A DNA stretch of 64,000 nt, from positions 174,806 to 238,805 of the forward strand of contig JAXLZA010000011.1 of assembly GCA_046351135.1 (NCBI GenBank), written 5' to 3'. This DNA is from Myxococcota bacterium (GTDB lineage: Bacteria > Myxococcota_A > UBA9160 > UBA4427). The first letter of the stretch is position 1. Each line of letters opens with the position of its first letter. The notes under the pieces were generated by a model. That model did no database searches. It worked only from the letters and a program-made list of their open reading frames with translations, and was not told where the DNA came from. Both the position numbers and the translations under genes were made by a program. Shown one piece after another: positions 1 to 9,500 of this stretch.

Positions 1-13
1 GAGGTGATCGAAC

Positions 14-382
14 TTGAAGGCCATCACCGTCGATGATTCGAAGACGATCCGCGCGATCGTGAAGCGGACGCTGAAGGGGCTCGGCTTCGAGGTCGAGGAG
101 GCCGAGGACGGACTCGTCGCCCTCGAGCGGATCAAGCAGGCCTGGCCGATCGACCTCGCCGTCGTGGACTGGAACATGCCGAACATGAACGGCATCGACC
201 TCGTCCGCGAGATCCGCCGCCGCCCCGAGTGGTCCGGCATGCGGATCATGATGGCGACGACCGAGAGCGAGATCAGCCAGATGCAGCTCGCCCTCGAGGC
301 GGGCGCCGACGAATACCTGATGAAGCCCTTCGATCGAGAGGCCCTGGAGCAGAAGCTGGTGCTCCTCGGTCTCGTGGTCTGA
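14..382 (+). CDS. cheY: CheY-like single-domain response regulator
   Basis: 122-aa ORF with a TTG start and a 6-nt spacer after GAGGTGA (1-7). Receiver landmarks: VDDSKT acidic pocket, phospho-acceptor Asp in AVVDWNMPNMNG, Thr in ATTES, Lys in LMKPF. cheB and cheR follow. A TGA at 15-17 in another frame suggests an upstream gene ends here (TTGA overlap), so the window opens inside an operon. Confidence 0.9.
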   Translation: MKAITVDDSKTIRAIVKRTLKGLGFEVEEAEDGLVALERIKQAWPIDLAVVDWNMPNMNGIDLVREIRRRPEWSGMRIMMATTESEISQMQLALEAGADEYLMKPFDREALEQKLVLLGLVV

Positions 383-413
383 GCCGCGACGGGAAACGGA
401 AGAGAACATCCGA

Positions 414-1562
414 ATGGAACGCATCCGTGTCCTCGTCGTCGACGACTCGACCGTCGTGCGGCGGATCGTCACCAAGGTCCTCGGCGACGATCCGCGCATC
501 GAGGTCGTCGGGGCGGTGGTGAACGGGAAGGTCGCCCTCGAAAAGCTCGAGAGCCTCCGCCCGGACCTGCTGACGCTCGATCTCGAGATGCCCGTGATGG
601 GCGGGCTCGAGACGCTCGCCGCGCTGCGCGCGCGGGGGATCAAGCTCCCCGTGATCGTGTTCAGCGCCGCCGACCAGGCGGGCGCCGTGGGCGCGCTCGA
701 AGCCCTGCAGGCGGGCGCCAGCGACTACGTGACGAAGCCGTCCCAGCTGGCGCGCATCGCCGATGCCGTCGACACGCTGCGGGCCGAGCTGATCCCGAAG
801 ATCGTGGCGCTGCTCCAGTCCGCCGAGCGCGCGAACGCCCGCCTGCGCGCCGTCTCCGCCCCGACGCCGGTCGCGGCGACGGCGCCCGCGGCGATGGCGA
901 CGGGCAGCGCGACGACGGCTTCACGACCGGCGACCGTGACCGTGACCGGGCCCGAGACCGTCCCGCAGCTCGTCGTGATCGGAACCTCGACCGGCGGGCC
1001 GAAGGCGCTGCAGGCGATCCTGCCGGAGCTCCCCGCGAGCTATCCGGTTCCGATCCTGATCGTCCAGCACATGCCCCCGACCTTCACGACGACCCTCGCG
1101 AAGAGCCTCGACCAGCGCTGCCGCCTGCGCGTGCAGGAAGCGTGGGAGGGTGCCGAGGCCCGGGCCGGTGAAATCTGGATCGCCCCCGGCGACTACCACA
1201 TGACGGTCGAGCGGACGGCGGGCGGCTGTCGGCTGCATCTCGACCAGGGCCCGAAGGAGAGCTCGTGCCGCCCGGCGGTCGACCCCCTCTTCCGCTCGGC
1301 CGCGAAGGCCTTCGGCGGACGCGTGCTCGGCGTCGTGCTGACCGGCATGGGGTCGGACGGCCTCGAAGGGGCACGAGCGCTCCGCCAGGCGGGCTCGCGC
1401 GTCGTCGCCCAGGACGAGGCGAGCTCGATCGTCTGGGGCATGCCCGGCGCCGTCGCGACGGCGGGGCTCGCCGACGCGATCCTGTCCCAGGGCGAGGTGG
1501 CGCTGTTCCTCGAGCGCTGCGTCGCGCTGCGCACGGCGCGTCCGGCGGCGGGGTCCCGATGA
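414..1562 (+). CDS. cheB: Protein-glutamate methylesterase CheB (receiver + methylesterase domains)
   Basis: 382-aa ORF. N-terminal receiver (RVLVVDDSTVVRR, DLLTLDLEMPVMGG, YVTKP), then an Ala/Pro/Thr linker. CheB triad motifs present: GTSTGGP (Ser), IVQHMP (His), GMGSDG (Asp). The stop overlaps the cheR start (ATGA 1559-1562). Confidence 0.93.
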   Translation: MERIRVLVVDDSTVVRRIVTKVLGDDPRIEVVGAVVNGKVALEKLESLRPDLLTLDLEMPVMGGLETLAALRARGIKLPVIVFSAADQAGAVGALEALQAGASDYVTKPSQLARIADAVDTLRAELIPKIVALLQSAERANARLRAVSAPTPVAATAPAAMATGSATTASRPATVTVTGPETVPQLVVIGTSTGGPKALQAILPELPASYPVPILIVQHMPPTFTTTLAKSLDQRCRLRVQEAWEGAEARAGEIWIAPGDYHMTVERTAGGCRLHLDQGPKESSCRPAVDPLFRSAAKAFGGRVLGVVLTGMGSDGLEGARALRQAGSRVVAQDEASSIVWGMPGAVATAGLADAILSQGEVALFLERCVALRTARPAAGSR

Positions 1563-2374
1563 CCGACGCCGACTTCAAGTACTTCACGACGTTCCTGAAG
1601 GAGCGCTCGGGCATCGCTCTCGAAGCCTCGAAGCAGTATCTGATCGACACGCGCATGGCCCCGATCCTGAAGGAGCGCAAGCTCCCGGATCTCGCCGCCC
1701 TCGTCGCCGGCCTCAAGACCGGCGACAAGGTCCTCTGCGAGATGGTGATCGAGGCGATGACGACGAACGAGACGTCCTTCTTCCGCGACGTCGCGCCCTT
1801 CGACGCCTTCCGCAACGAGATCCTGCCCCGCGTGATCGAGCGCAATGCCCGGGATCGCAAGCTCCAGATCTGGTCGGCCGCCTCGTCGTCGGGCCAGGAG
1901 CCCTACTCGATCGCGATCCTGATGCGGGAGCACTTCCCCCAGCTCGCCAGCTGGCAGGTCAACATCCTCGCCACCGACCTCTCGAACGAGATGGTCCAGA
2001 AGACGACGAAGGGCGAGTACAGCCAGCTCGAGGTGAACCGCGGACTTCCGGCCCCCCTCCTCGCGAAGTACTTCCAGCGCAAGGCCGTGCGCTGGCAGGT
2101 CAACGAAGACGTCCGCAAGCTGCTGACCTGTCGGACGCTGAACCTGCTCGAGAACTGGGTCGGCGTCCCGACGGCCGACGTCGTCTTCATCCGCAACGTG
2201 CTCATCTACTTCGAGCCCGAGCTCAAGAAGCAGATCCTCGGAAAGATCCGCAAGGTCCTGCGGCCCGGGGGTTATCTCTTCCTGGGAGGCGCCGAGAGCA
2301 CGCTCAATCTCGATTCCCATTACAAGCGCCTGGACATCGCCCGTTCCGGATGCTTCCAGCTCGAGGGGGCCTGA
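1559..2374 (+). CDS. cheR: Chemotaxis protein methyltransferase CheR
   Basis: ATG 1559 chosen inside ORF 1265..2374, whose upstream part is Arg/Gly-rich text overlapping cheB. CheR N-terminal helical domain (FKYFTTFLKERSGIAL) and SAM-methyltransferase motifs (IWSAASSSGQEPYSIA, DVVFIRNVLIYF). Confidence 0.92.
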   Translation: MTDADFKYFTTFLKERSGIALEASKQYLIDTRMAPILKERKLPDLAALVAGLKTGDKVLCEMVIEAMTTNETSFFRDVAPFDAFRNEILPRVIERNARDRKLQIWSAASSSGQEPYSIAILMREHFPQLASWQVNILATDLSNEMVQKTTKGEYSQLEVNRGLPAPLLAKYFQRKAVRWQVNEDVRKLLTCRTLNLLENWVGVPTADVVFIRNVLIYFEPELKKQILGKIRKVLRPGGYLFLGGAESTLNLDSHYKRLDIARSGCFQLEGA

Positions 2375-2376
2375 TC

Positions 2377-2832
2377 GTGGACATCGCTCGCGAAGACCTG
2401 ATGGCGCTCGTGGACCAGACCTGGCAGACGCTCTTCGGCGATCCGATCGGCGAGGGCGATCCGTCGGCGTCCACGGGCTGGGACCTCCGCTCCCGGGTCG
2501 AGATCCGGGGCGCATGGCAGGGCAGCGTCACGATCCTGCTTTCGTCGGCGACGGCGGAGCAGATCGCCTGCCGCATGCTCGAGGCCAAGCCCGGCGAGCT
2601 CGCCGAGGAGGAGATCTTCGACGCCGCCGGCGAGATGGCCAACATCCTCGCCGGCAACCTGAAGTCGATGCTGCCCCAGCCCTCCTCCCTCGGCCTTCCG
2701 GTGGTTATCGCCGCCGACACCGGGGAAACACCGGATTTTTCGACAAACGAACCCTTGTCGCTCGCGTGCGTATGGGGCGAGACACAGTTCTCTGTCATCA
2801 TCCGCACCGAATCGGGCGCGGCCGGGGGGTGA
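2377..2832 (+). CDS. cheX: CheX-like chemotaxis phosphatase
   Basis: ORF 2350..2832. GTG 2377 is preferred: it lies 2 nt after the cheR stop, whereas 2350 would overlap cheR by 25 nt. CheX-like layout (..VEIRGAWQGSVTILLSSATAEQIACRML..) with a conserved ExxN motif in AAGEMANILAGNLK (compare T. maritima CheX ..AIGELGNMTAGKL.., recalled from memory). Confidence 0.7.
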   Translation: MDIAREDLMALVDQTWQTLFGDPIGEGDPSASTGWDLRSRVEIRGAWQGSVTILLSSATAEQIACRMLEAKPGELAEEEIFDAAGEMANILAGNLKSMLPQPSSLGLPVVIAADTGETPDFSTNEPLSLACVWGETQFSVIIRTESGAAGG

Positions 2833-2836
2833 TGCG

Positions 2837-3751
2837 ATGAAGCCCTCCCCGCGAAGCAGCACGGTGGCCGCGACCGCGTCCCGGAACGGGAGACCCGGAA
2901 TCGTGATCGATCACGACGCGCTCGCGCTCGCCGCCCAGGCCCTGCACCCGCTCTCGCAGACCGCCGTGCGCCTGACCCAGCTCTTCGCCTTCGAGGACTG
3001 GGACGTCGACGACGTGATCCAGGCCGTCTCCTTCGACGCCCCGCTGACCGGTCGGATCCTGCGCAACGCGAACTCCGCGGCCCTCGGCAGCGCCGGCCGC
3101 GTCGGGACGATCGAGCAGGCGATCTTCCGGCTCGGCTCCGCGTCGGTCGTGCGGCTCGCCGTCGGCGTCGCCGTCAAGGGCACGATGATGTGCGACATCC
3201 CGCTGCTCGGGGCGCGCGAGGGCGAGCTCTGGCGCCACGACGTCGCGACCGCGGTCGTGGCCGAGGTCATCCCGCTGGTCTCGCGCCGCCGCGTTCCGCC
3301 CGAGGCGTTCACCGCCGCCCTGCTCCACGACATCGGCCGCGTCATCATGTACCAGCAGGTCGACGAGCGCTCGATGCGCCTGATCGACGCCGCGCGGGAC
3401 GCCGGCGAGTCGGCCGTGGCCGCCGAGCGCAGCATCCTCGGGGCCGATCACGGCGAGATCGGCGCCCTCGTCGCCCAGGCCTGGCACCTCCCCGAGACGC
3501 TGGTCCACGCGATCCGCCTCCACGAGGAGCCGACCGAGGCCCCGGACCACCGCGCCCGGGAGATCTGCGACATCGTCAAGGTCGCGGACGCGGGGGCGCG
3601 CAAGCTGGGCTTCCAGTGCGGCGAGCCCTTCGAGCACGTCCAGGACCTCGAGTCCTCGCGCAAGCGACTCGGTCTCGAGGGCGGGAAGTTCGACGAAGTC
3701 TGCGACCTCGCCCTCGAGCGCTTCGAGGAAGTCCTCGCGCAGTTCGAGTAG
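2837..3751 (+). CDS. HDOD domain-containing signalling protein
   Basis: 304 aa, starts 4 nt after cheX. HDOD-type blocks: AVSFDAPLTGRILRNANSAALG, LWRHDVATAVVAE, ALLHDIGRVIM, ILGADHGEIGALVAQAWHLPETLVHAIRLHEEP. Confidence 0.85.
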   Translation: MKPSPRSSTVAATASRNGRPGIVIDHDALALAAQALHPLSQTAVRLTQLFAFEDWDVDDVIQAVSFDAPLTGRILRNANSAALGSAGRVGTIEQAIFRLGSASVVRLAVGVAVKGTMMCDIPLLGAREGELWRHDVATAVVAEVIPLVSRRRVPPEAFTAALLHDIGRVIMYQQVDERSMRLIDAARDAGESAVAAERSILGADHGEIGALVAQAWHLPETLVHAIRLHEEPTEAPDHRAREICDIVKVADAGARKLGFQCGEPFEHVQDLESSRKRLGLEGGKFDEVCDLALERFEEVLAQFE

Positions 3752-3774
3752 GCGAGCGAGCTAAGCTCGTCTCC

Positions 3775-4077
3775 ATGACGACGAGCCCGCCCCGCCTCGA
3801 GGCCTACAAGCAGACCCCCGTCTTCGACGAGACCTCGATCCCGGCAGGCCTTCTGCGCCACCACACGACGAAGGCCGGCGTCTGGGCCCGCATCCACGTC
3901 GTCGAGGGCGAGCTCGTCCTCCGGATCCTCGAGCCGCCGTCGCGCGAGATCCGGCTCACGCCGCAGCGCGGGGGCGAGATCGCTCCGCAGGTGCCCCACG
4001 AGATCGAGGCCCGCGGTCCGGTCCGCTTCTACGTCGAGTTCCTCCGCGCGGTGGAGGCCGAGCCCGCCCGATCCTGA
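3775..4077 (+). CDS. DUF1971 (YeaR / TehB-N-terminal-like) small protein
   Basis: ATG 3775 inside ORF 3190..4077, whose upstream part is Arg/Pro-rich junk antisense-like to the HDOD gene. YKQTPVFDETSIPAGLLRHHTTKAGVWARIHVVEGELV resembles E. coli YeaR (..TPFWNKQTAPAGIFERH..GVYPRLSVMHGAV.., from memory). Confidence 0.65.
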   Translation: MTTSPPRLEAYKQTPVFDETSIPAGLLRHHTTKAGVWARIHVVEGELVLRILEPPSREIRLTPQRGGEIAPQVPHEIEARGPVRFYVEFLRAVEAEPARS

Positions 4078-4259
4078 GTCCGCCTCGGCTGCGGGCACGC
4101 GCCTTGCTCCCCCTGCCACCGGGACGCGCCGCGAGCGCGCGTGAAGCGTCGGGGGACCTTCATGCGTGGCCGCGCGTCCCAGAGCCGGGGTCGGATGCCT
4201 CGTTCGTCGCGCGCGGCGCGGAGGCGTGGCCGTCGCGGCGCGGGGCGGGAGGGCTCGGA

Positions 4260-4754
4260 ATGCCGAAGGGGGGCGTGCTCGCCGCGGAGATCCTCGCCGC
4301 CGGCTTCCTCGCGATCCAGCTCGTCCCCGTCGAGCGCACGAATCCCCCGGTCGAGACCGAGGTCCCGGCGAGCGCCGAGGCGCGCGAGGTCCTGCGGCGC
4401 GCCTGCTACGACTGCCACTCGAACGAGGTCGTGTGGCCCTGGTATGCGCAGATCGCGCCGGCCTCCTGGCTGATCGCGCGGGACGTCCGCGAAGGGCGCG
4501 AGGAGGTCAACTACTCGACCTGGAACCGCCTCGACGAGGACGAACGGCGCGAGGCCCTGGAGGAGAGCTGGGAGGAGATCGCCGACGGCGAGATGCCGCC
4601 CTGGTCCTATCTCCCGCTCCACCCCGCGGCGAAGCTCTCCGACGCGGACCGCCGGATCCTCGACCACTGGTCGCGCCTGCCCCCGCACCGCGCCCCGGAC
4701 GCGGCCGCCGAGCGGGCCGCGCGCGCCCGCGCGCTCGATCCGTTTGCGCAGTGA
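4260..4754 (+). CDS. Haem-binding-domain (Haem_bd family) membrane-anchored protein
   Basis: ATG 4260 preceded by GGGAGGG, inside ORF 4104..4754. N-terminal TM helix (VLAAEILAAGFLAIQLV), then the family pattern CYDCHSNEVVWPWYAQIAPASWLIARDVREGREEVNYSTW...GEMPPWSYLPLHPAAKLS. Confidence 0.7.
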   Translation: MPKGGVLAAEILAAGFLAIQLVPVERTNPPVETEVPASAEAREVLRRACYDCHSNEVVWPWYAQIAPASWLIARDVREGREEVNYSTWNRLDEDERREALEESWEEIADGEMPPWSYLPLHPAAKLSDADRRILDHWSRLPPHRAPDAAAERAARARALDPFAQ

Positions 4755-4778
4755 GCCGTCGCGGCAGCGCGTCCGCGC

Positions 4779-5303
4779 TCAGCGCTTGACCTCGACTCCC
4801 TCGATCGCGGCGATGTGCCGCTCGTCCCGGGGATCGCGACCCTGCGAGGCCAGCTTCTCGCAGCGCTCCTTCACCGCCTGCCAGCCGGCGATCATGCGCG
4901 CCATGTTCTGCCAGTCGTAGGCGTCCTCCTCGTAGCTCCACAGGCCGTCGCCCGCGTAGTGGAGGATCGTGATGTTCGGCTCCTCGTGGAGCGAGCCGTC
5001 GCCCGGATCCTTCATGCGATTCATGAGCTCGCAGATCACCCAGCCCCGCTCCTCGTCGATCACGTGCCAGGTCCACGGGAAGTAGATCATGTGGTTCATC
5101 GGATAGGGCTTCGTGATCGCGGAGATCCAGCGGTAGATCGCGTCGCGCCCGCAGAAGCGGCCGAAGTGGTGCTCGACGTAGGTGGCGTCCTCGGTGAAGA
5201 GGTTCGCCCAGTGCGACCAGTCGCCGGTCGTGGCGGACTTGCGCGCCGTCAGGCGGTAGACGTGTGCCTGGTCTTCGAGCTCTTTGCGTGTCCAGCGGCC
5301 CAT
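4779..5303 (-). CDS. NTF2/SnoaL-like family protein
   Basis: 174-aa ORF with non-biased composition. Aromatic-rich alpha+beta-barrel-type sequence (WANLFTEDATYVEHHFGRFCGRDAIYRWI.., ITILHYAGDGLWSYEEDAYD). Directly upstream of, and co-oriented with, an SDR gene (28-nt gap). Confidence 0.7.
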   Translation of the reverse strand: MGRWTRKELEDQAHVYRLTARKSATTGDWSHWANLFTEDATYVEHHFGRFCGRDAIYRWISAITKPYPMNHMIYFPWTWHVIDEERGWVICELMNRMKDPGDGSLHEEPNITILHYAGDGLWSYEEDAYDWQNMARMIAGWQAVKERCEKLASQGRDPRDERHIAAIEGVEVKR

Positions 5304-5331
5304 CGCGATCTCCTGTTGGTTCCGATCGGGT

Positions 5332-6231
5332 TCAACGTTGCGTGCGGCGTTCGCGCCAGTCGAGAATCGCCGTCGGCGACCAGCGCTCGTTCATGCGCAG
5401 GGCCGTCGGCCAGTCGGGGTGGAGCCCGCGCTGGCGGACGAACTCCTGCGCCATGAAATGCTGTCCGTTGTAGCGCGCCGCCTCGGGATCGGTGGCGAGC
5501 CAGAGGACCGCCTTCGCGGGGACGGCGGTCGGACAGAAGATCTCCCTGGGATAGCCGATCCGCTCGTGCTGGCGCTCGCCGCGCTCGGTCCAGACCGGGC
5601 CCGGGTCGAGGTCGAAGGCGAGCACGCCGTCCGGTCCGTGCTCGGCGGCCAGGCCGTCGGCGAGCTTGCCGAGGGCCGCCTTCGAGCAGTTGTAGGAGAC
5701 GCCGGCACCGCCTCGCCCGGGAGGCCCGGCCTGCTTCGTGTAGTTGTGGCGCGTCGAGAGGTTGATGATGCAGCCGCGGCGGGCCTCGATCATCCCGGGC
5801 AGGAAGCCCTGGATCAGGGCGAGGGGCGCGAGGAAGTTCGCCTGGAGCTTCTTCTGCCACTCGCTGCGCGGCGTCGCGAGGATGAAGGCGTTGGTGTATC
5901 GGCCCTGCTCGTACATCGCATTGTTGACGAGCAGATCGAGGCGCGTCCAGCGCGAGCGGACGGTGTCGATGGCGGCGTCGATCGCTTCGGGATCGAGCAG
6001 GTCGAGGGCGATCGGGAGCGACTCGACCCCCGCGGCCTCGACGAGCGCCCCGGTCGACTCGAGGCTGCCGGGGAGCGGCGTCGGCCGGCCCGCGTCGTCC
6101 TCCTCGCGGCCCTCGCCCTCGCGGCGGGTGCGGCCGGTGTAGGCGACGTCGAAGCCCGCGCGGGCGAGCTCGACCACGATCGCCTTGCCGATGCCCCGGG
6201 TTCCGCCGGTGACCAGCGCGCGCCGACGCAT
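5332..6231 (-). CDS. Short-chain dehydrogenase/reductase (SDR)
   Basis: 299 aa. TGGTRGIGKA cofactor motif, NNAMY, catalytic YNCSK. Confidence 0.88.
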   Translation of the reverse strand: MRRRALVTGGTRGIGKAIVVELARAGFDVAYTGRTRREGEGREEDDAGRPTPLPGSLESTGALVEAAGVESLPIALDLLDPEAIDAAIDTVRSRWTRLDLLVNNAMYEQGRYTNAFILATPRSEWQKKLQANFLAPLALIQGFLPGMIEARRGCIINLSTRHNYTKQAGPPGRGGAGVSYNCSKAALGKLADGLAAEHGPDGVLAFDLDPGPVWTERGERQHERIGYPREIFCPTAVPAKAVLWLATDPEAARYNGQHFMAQEFVRQRGLHPDWPTALRMNERWSPTAILDWRERRTQR

Positions 6232-6359
6232 GCGTCCCCTCCACCGCCCGACCCGGCGGCCCGCCCGACGCTAGCCGATCGCGCCCGCCGCCCGCGCGGC
6301 CCCGCCCCGCCCGGCTCCGCCGCCGCAACGCCCTGCGATCCCGGGTATCCTCGACCGCC

Positions 6360-9300
6360 ATGGACGCCACCGCCCGCGGCCCCCTCGCACGCCTCGTTGC
6401 CTCGCCCCGACGCCGCGTCGGGCTCGCGATCGCGGGGCTCGCCGTCGTCGTCCGTGCGGTGCTGCCCTCCGTCCTGCAACCGATCCTGCTCGAGCGCGCC
6501 GATGCGGCCCTCGTCGGCCACGTCGAGCTCGAAGACCTCGATCTCTCGCTCCTGCGCGGCGGGGTGACCCTGCACGGTCTCGTCGTCCATACCGACGAGC
6601 GCCCGGCCGAGACGCCGCCCCTGCTCGAGGCGCGCCGGCTCTGGACCCAGATCAGCTGGCTCGCCCTCCTCGGGCGCACGATCGAGGTCGAGGACTTCGA
6701 GCTCGAAGGCTTCACGGTCCACCTCGACCGCGAGGCCGAGGGCCTGCGCCTGCCCCGACTCGCCGAGCGCGAGCCCGCCGCGCAGGAGGACGCGAAGGAC
6801 GAGGCGACGGGCGCCTGGTCCTACGCCGCCGACGCCGTCTCGCTCCGGGATGGCCGCGTCGAGCTCGTCGACCACACCGTCGCCGGCGAGCCCGAGCGGA
6901 TCGAGCTCGCGATCGAGGACCTGTCGGCGCGGGAGCTCGCGGTGCGCACGAATCCGGGCGACGAGGAGCCCGGCCGCATCGCGATCGAAGCGAAGCTCGA
7001 TCAGGGCAGTGTCTCGCTCTCCTCCTGGATCCAGTCCGACGCCGACGCCATCGACGTCCGCTCGACCGTCGTGCTCGACGACATCCCGATCGACGAGCTG
7101 CGCCCCTACCTCGCGGCGTTCGGCTGGAGCGAGCTCTCGGGCCAGCTCGACGCGAGCCTCGAGCACCACTTCGTGACCGGCGGAGCCCACACGCTCTCCG
7201 GCCGCGCCGCCCTCGCGGACCTGCACATCGCCCTGCCCCAGCAGCCCGAGCCGGCGCTGACCTGGAAGGCGCTCGAGGTCGAGCTCGACGACGTCGACCT
7301 CGTGAAGCACCACGCTGCGATCGCCCGGATCACCTCGCGCGGCGCCCGGGTCGTCGTGGATCCCCGGGCCGAGGTCCCCCTCGCCCTGCTCGCGGGCCGC
7401 ACCCCGGTCCCCGCCCGAGCGCCCGCGCAGGACGACGCGCCGCCCTCGACGCCGGGATGGACCTGGCAGGTCGCGCAGCTCGCCGTCGAGGACGCCGTCG
7501 TCGCCCTGCACGGCGCCCCCGAGCCGCTCCCGCTCGCGATCGGCGCGGCGCTCGCGCAGCTCTCGAGCGAGCCCGGCCGCCGCTCGCCCCTCTCGCTCAC
7601 CGTCGCCGCGGGCGCGGACGGTGACCAGGGAACGCTCCGCCTCGCGGGCGAGCTCGCCACGAGCCCGCCCGCCTTCGATGGCCGCCTCGCGGTCGAGGAT
7701 CTCGAGCTCGCCCCGCTGCTCGCCCGGATCGACGCGCCCGCGGTCCACTGGCTCACGCGTGGAAGACTGCGCACCGACCTCCTGCTCCGCGCGGCGCGCG
7801 ACCTGCGCGCGACCGGACGCATCGGCCTCGCCGACCTCGACCTCGAGGAGGCGAAGACGGCGAAGCAGTTCGGGATCGCGTGGAAGGATCTCGAGCTCGG
7901 GATCCAGTCCTTCTCGCTCCGGGACCTCGTGCCCGCCCCGGATGCGGCGGCTGAGCGCGCGGTCGACCTCTCGCTCGCCCGCATCGTCCTCGTCGCACCG
8001 CGCCTGGTCCTGACCCGGGGCGAATCGGGAATCGTGCTGCCGCCGCTGCGCCCGGGCGACGCGCCCGACGAAGTCGCCGCGACCGAGGCGGTGGAGCCGG
8101 CCGATCCTGCGCCCGCGGAGACGGAGAGCACCGCGGAGGCCGGTGCGGAAGAGCGAGAGACACCCACCGAAGGCGATGCCGACGAGCCTGCGCTCCCGAT
8201 CCGGATCCGCATCGCCGAGGCGCGCATCGAGGACGGTCGACTCGTGCTCGCCGATCGGAAGGTCGAGCCCTTCTACCGCGGTCGGATCAAGGCGATCGCG
8301 CTGCAGGCGACGGGGGTGCGGTGGCCCGAGAACGAGGCCGAGTCGATCGCGCTGACGGCCGAGGGGCTCAAGGGCGCGCGGCTCGCGCTGTCGGGCTCGC
8401 TCCACAGGGAGGGCTCGAAGCTCGAGGGCGAGCTCGTGCAGCTGCCGCTCGCGCAGTTCAATCCCTATCTCGCCTCGACGGGCTACGACCTGAAGAGTGG
8501 TGCGCTGTCGCTCGAGTCGCGCATCCGGCTCGCTCCGAACGCGCTGAAGACGAAGAGCCGGGTCGTCGTGTCCGCGCTCGAGGTCGGGGGGAGCGACGGC
8601 GCGAAGGCCTTCCAGGAGAGCTTCGGCCTCCCGCTCGAAGTCGCCCTCGGCCTGCTCAAGGATCTCGACGGCAAGATCACCCTCGCCGTCCCCGTCGCGG
8701 GCAAGCCCGACGAGATGAAGGTCGGCGTCGCGCGGCTCGTGGCCCAGGCGCTGCGCAAGGCGCTGGTGGGCGCGCTCGCGGCGCCGCTCAAGCTGCTGGG
8801 CGTCGCGACCGGGATGGGAGCCCGGGACGACGCGATCGCCGACGCGACCCCGGCCCCGATTCCCTTCCAGCCGGGCGAGACGCTGCTCGGGCCCGAGGCG
8901 GAGGAGCGCGTCGAGGAGATCGCAGGACTGCTCACCGCGTCGCCGGGGATCGCCCTGCGCCTCGCCGGGCAGACGGATGCCGCCGACCGGCGGATCGTCT
9001 GCGAGCGCGCGCTGCTGAAGCAGCTCGAGGCGAGCCGCGGCGTGCGTGCCCTCGCCTCCCTCGGCGAGATCGCGACGCGAAGGGCGGTGCGCGAGCACCT
9101 CGCGCGCAAGCTCGCCGGCCGGACACCGCCCCCGCTCGCCGCCCACGACGCGAGCTGGCTCGAGAGCCAGCTCGCCCACGCGACCGCGCCGGCCGAGGTG
9201 CTCGAGTCCCTCGCGGTCGCGCGCGCCGAGGCGCTGCGCGCGGCCCTGACGAGCGAGCACGGCATCGCGCCGACGCGCCTGATGCTCGATCCGGCGCGGG

Positions 9301-9410
9301 TCTCGCCCCCGGCGCCGGTTCCGGGCGTCGCGGTCTCGCTCGGGGTGCCCGCCGAGGACGGGCCCGACGAGGCGGACGACGACGCGGACGATGCAGCCGA
9401 GGCCGGCTGA
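6360..9410 (+). CDS. Large DUF748/AsmA-like envelope protein
   Basis: 1016 aa. N-terminal TM helix (VGLAIAGLAVVVRAVL). Repeated beta-rich DUF748-like segments (VGHVELEDLDLSLLRGGVTLHGLVV; VSLRDGRVELVDHTV; ARIEDGRLVLADRKVEPFYRGRIKAIALQATGV). Acidic tail. Family assignment is from memory. Confidence 0.7.
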   Translation: MDATARGPLARLVASPRRRVGLAIAGLAVVVRAVLPSVLQPILLERADAALVGHVELEDLDLSLLRGGVTLHGLVVHTDERPAETPPLLEARRLWTQISWLALLGRTIEVEDFELEGFTVHLDREAEGLRLPRLAEREPAAQEDAKDEATGAWSYAADAVSLRDGRVELVDHTVAGEPERIELAIEDLSARELAVRTNPGDEEPGRIAIEAKLDQGSVSLSSWIQSDADAIDVRSTVVLDDIPIDELRPYLAAFGWSELSGQLDASLEHHFVTGGAHTLSGRAALADLHIALPQQPEPALTWKALEVELDDVDLVKHHAAIARITSRGARVVVDPRAEVPLALLAGRTPVPARAPAQDDAPPSTPGWTWQVAQLAVEDAVVALHGAPEPLPLAIGAALAQLSSEPGRRSPLSLTVAAGADGDQGTLRLAGELATSPPAFDGRLAVEDLELAPLLARIDAPAVHWLTRGRLRTDLLLRAARDLRATGRIGLADLDLEEAKTAKQFGIAWKDLELGIQSFSLRDLVPAPDAAAERAVDLSLARIVLVAPRLVLTRGESGIVLPPLRPGDAPDEVAATEAVEPADPAPAETESTAEAGAEERETPTEGDADEPALPIRIRIAEARIEDGRLVLADRKVEPFYRGRIKAIALQATGVRWPENEAESIALTAEGLKGARLALSGSLHREGSKLEGELVQLPLAQFNPYLASTGYDLKSGALSLESRIRLAPNALKTKSRVVVSALEVGGSDGAKAFQESFGLPLEVALGLLKDLDGKITLAVPVAGKPDEMKVGVARLVAQALRKALVGALAAPLKLLGVATGMGARDDAIADATPAPIPFQPGETLLGPEAEERVEEIAGLLTASPGIALRLAGQTDAADRRIVCERALLKQLEASRGVRALASLGEIATRRAVREHLARKLAGRTPPPLAAHDASWLESQLAHATAPAEVLESLAVARAEALRAALTSEHGIAPTRLMLDPARVSPPAPVPGVAVSLGVPAEDGPDEADDDADDAAEAG

Positions 9411-9500
9411 GCGCGCCCTGTCGGCGACGCGAAAACGACCTACCGTCGCAGCGGGTCGGGCGATCGTCGCTCGGCGCTTCCCCGACGAGGAGAGTTGGCG

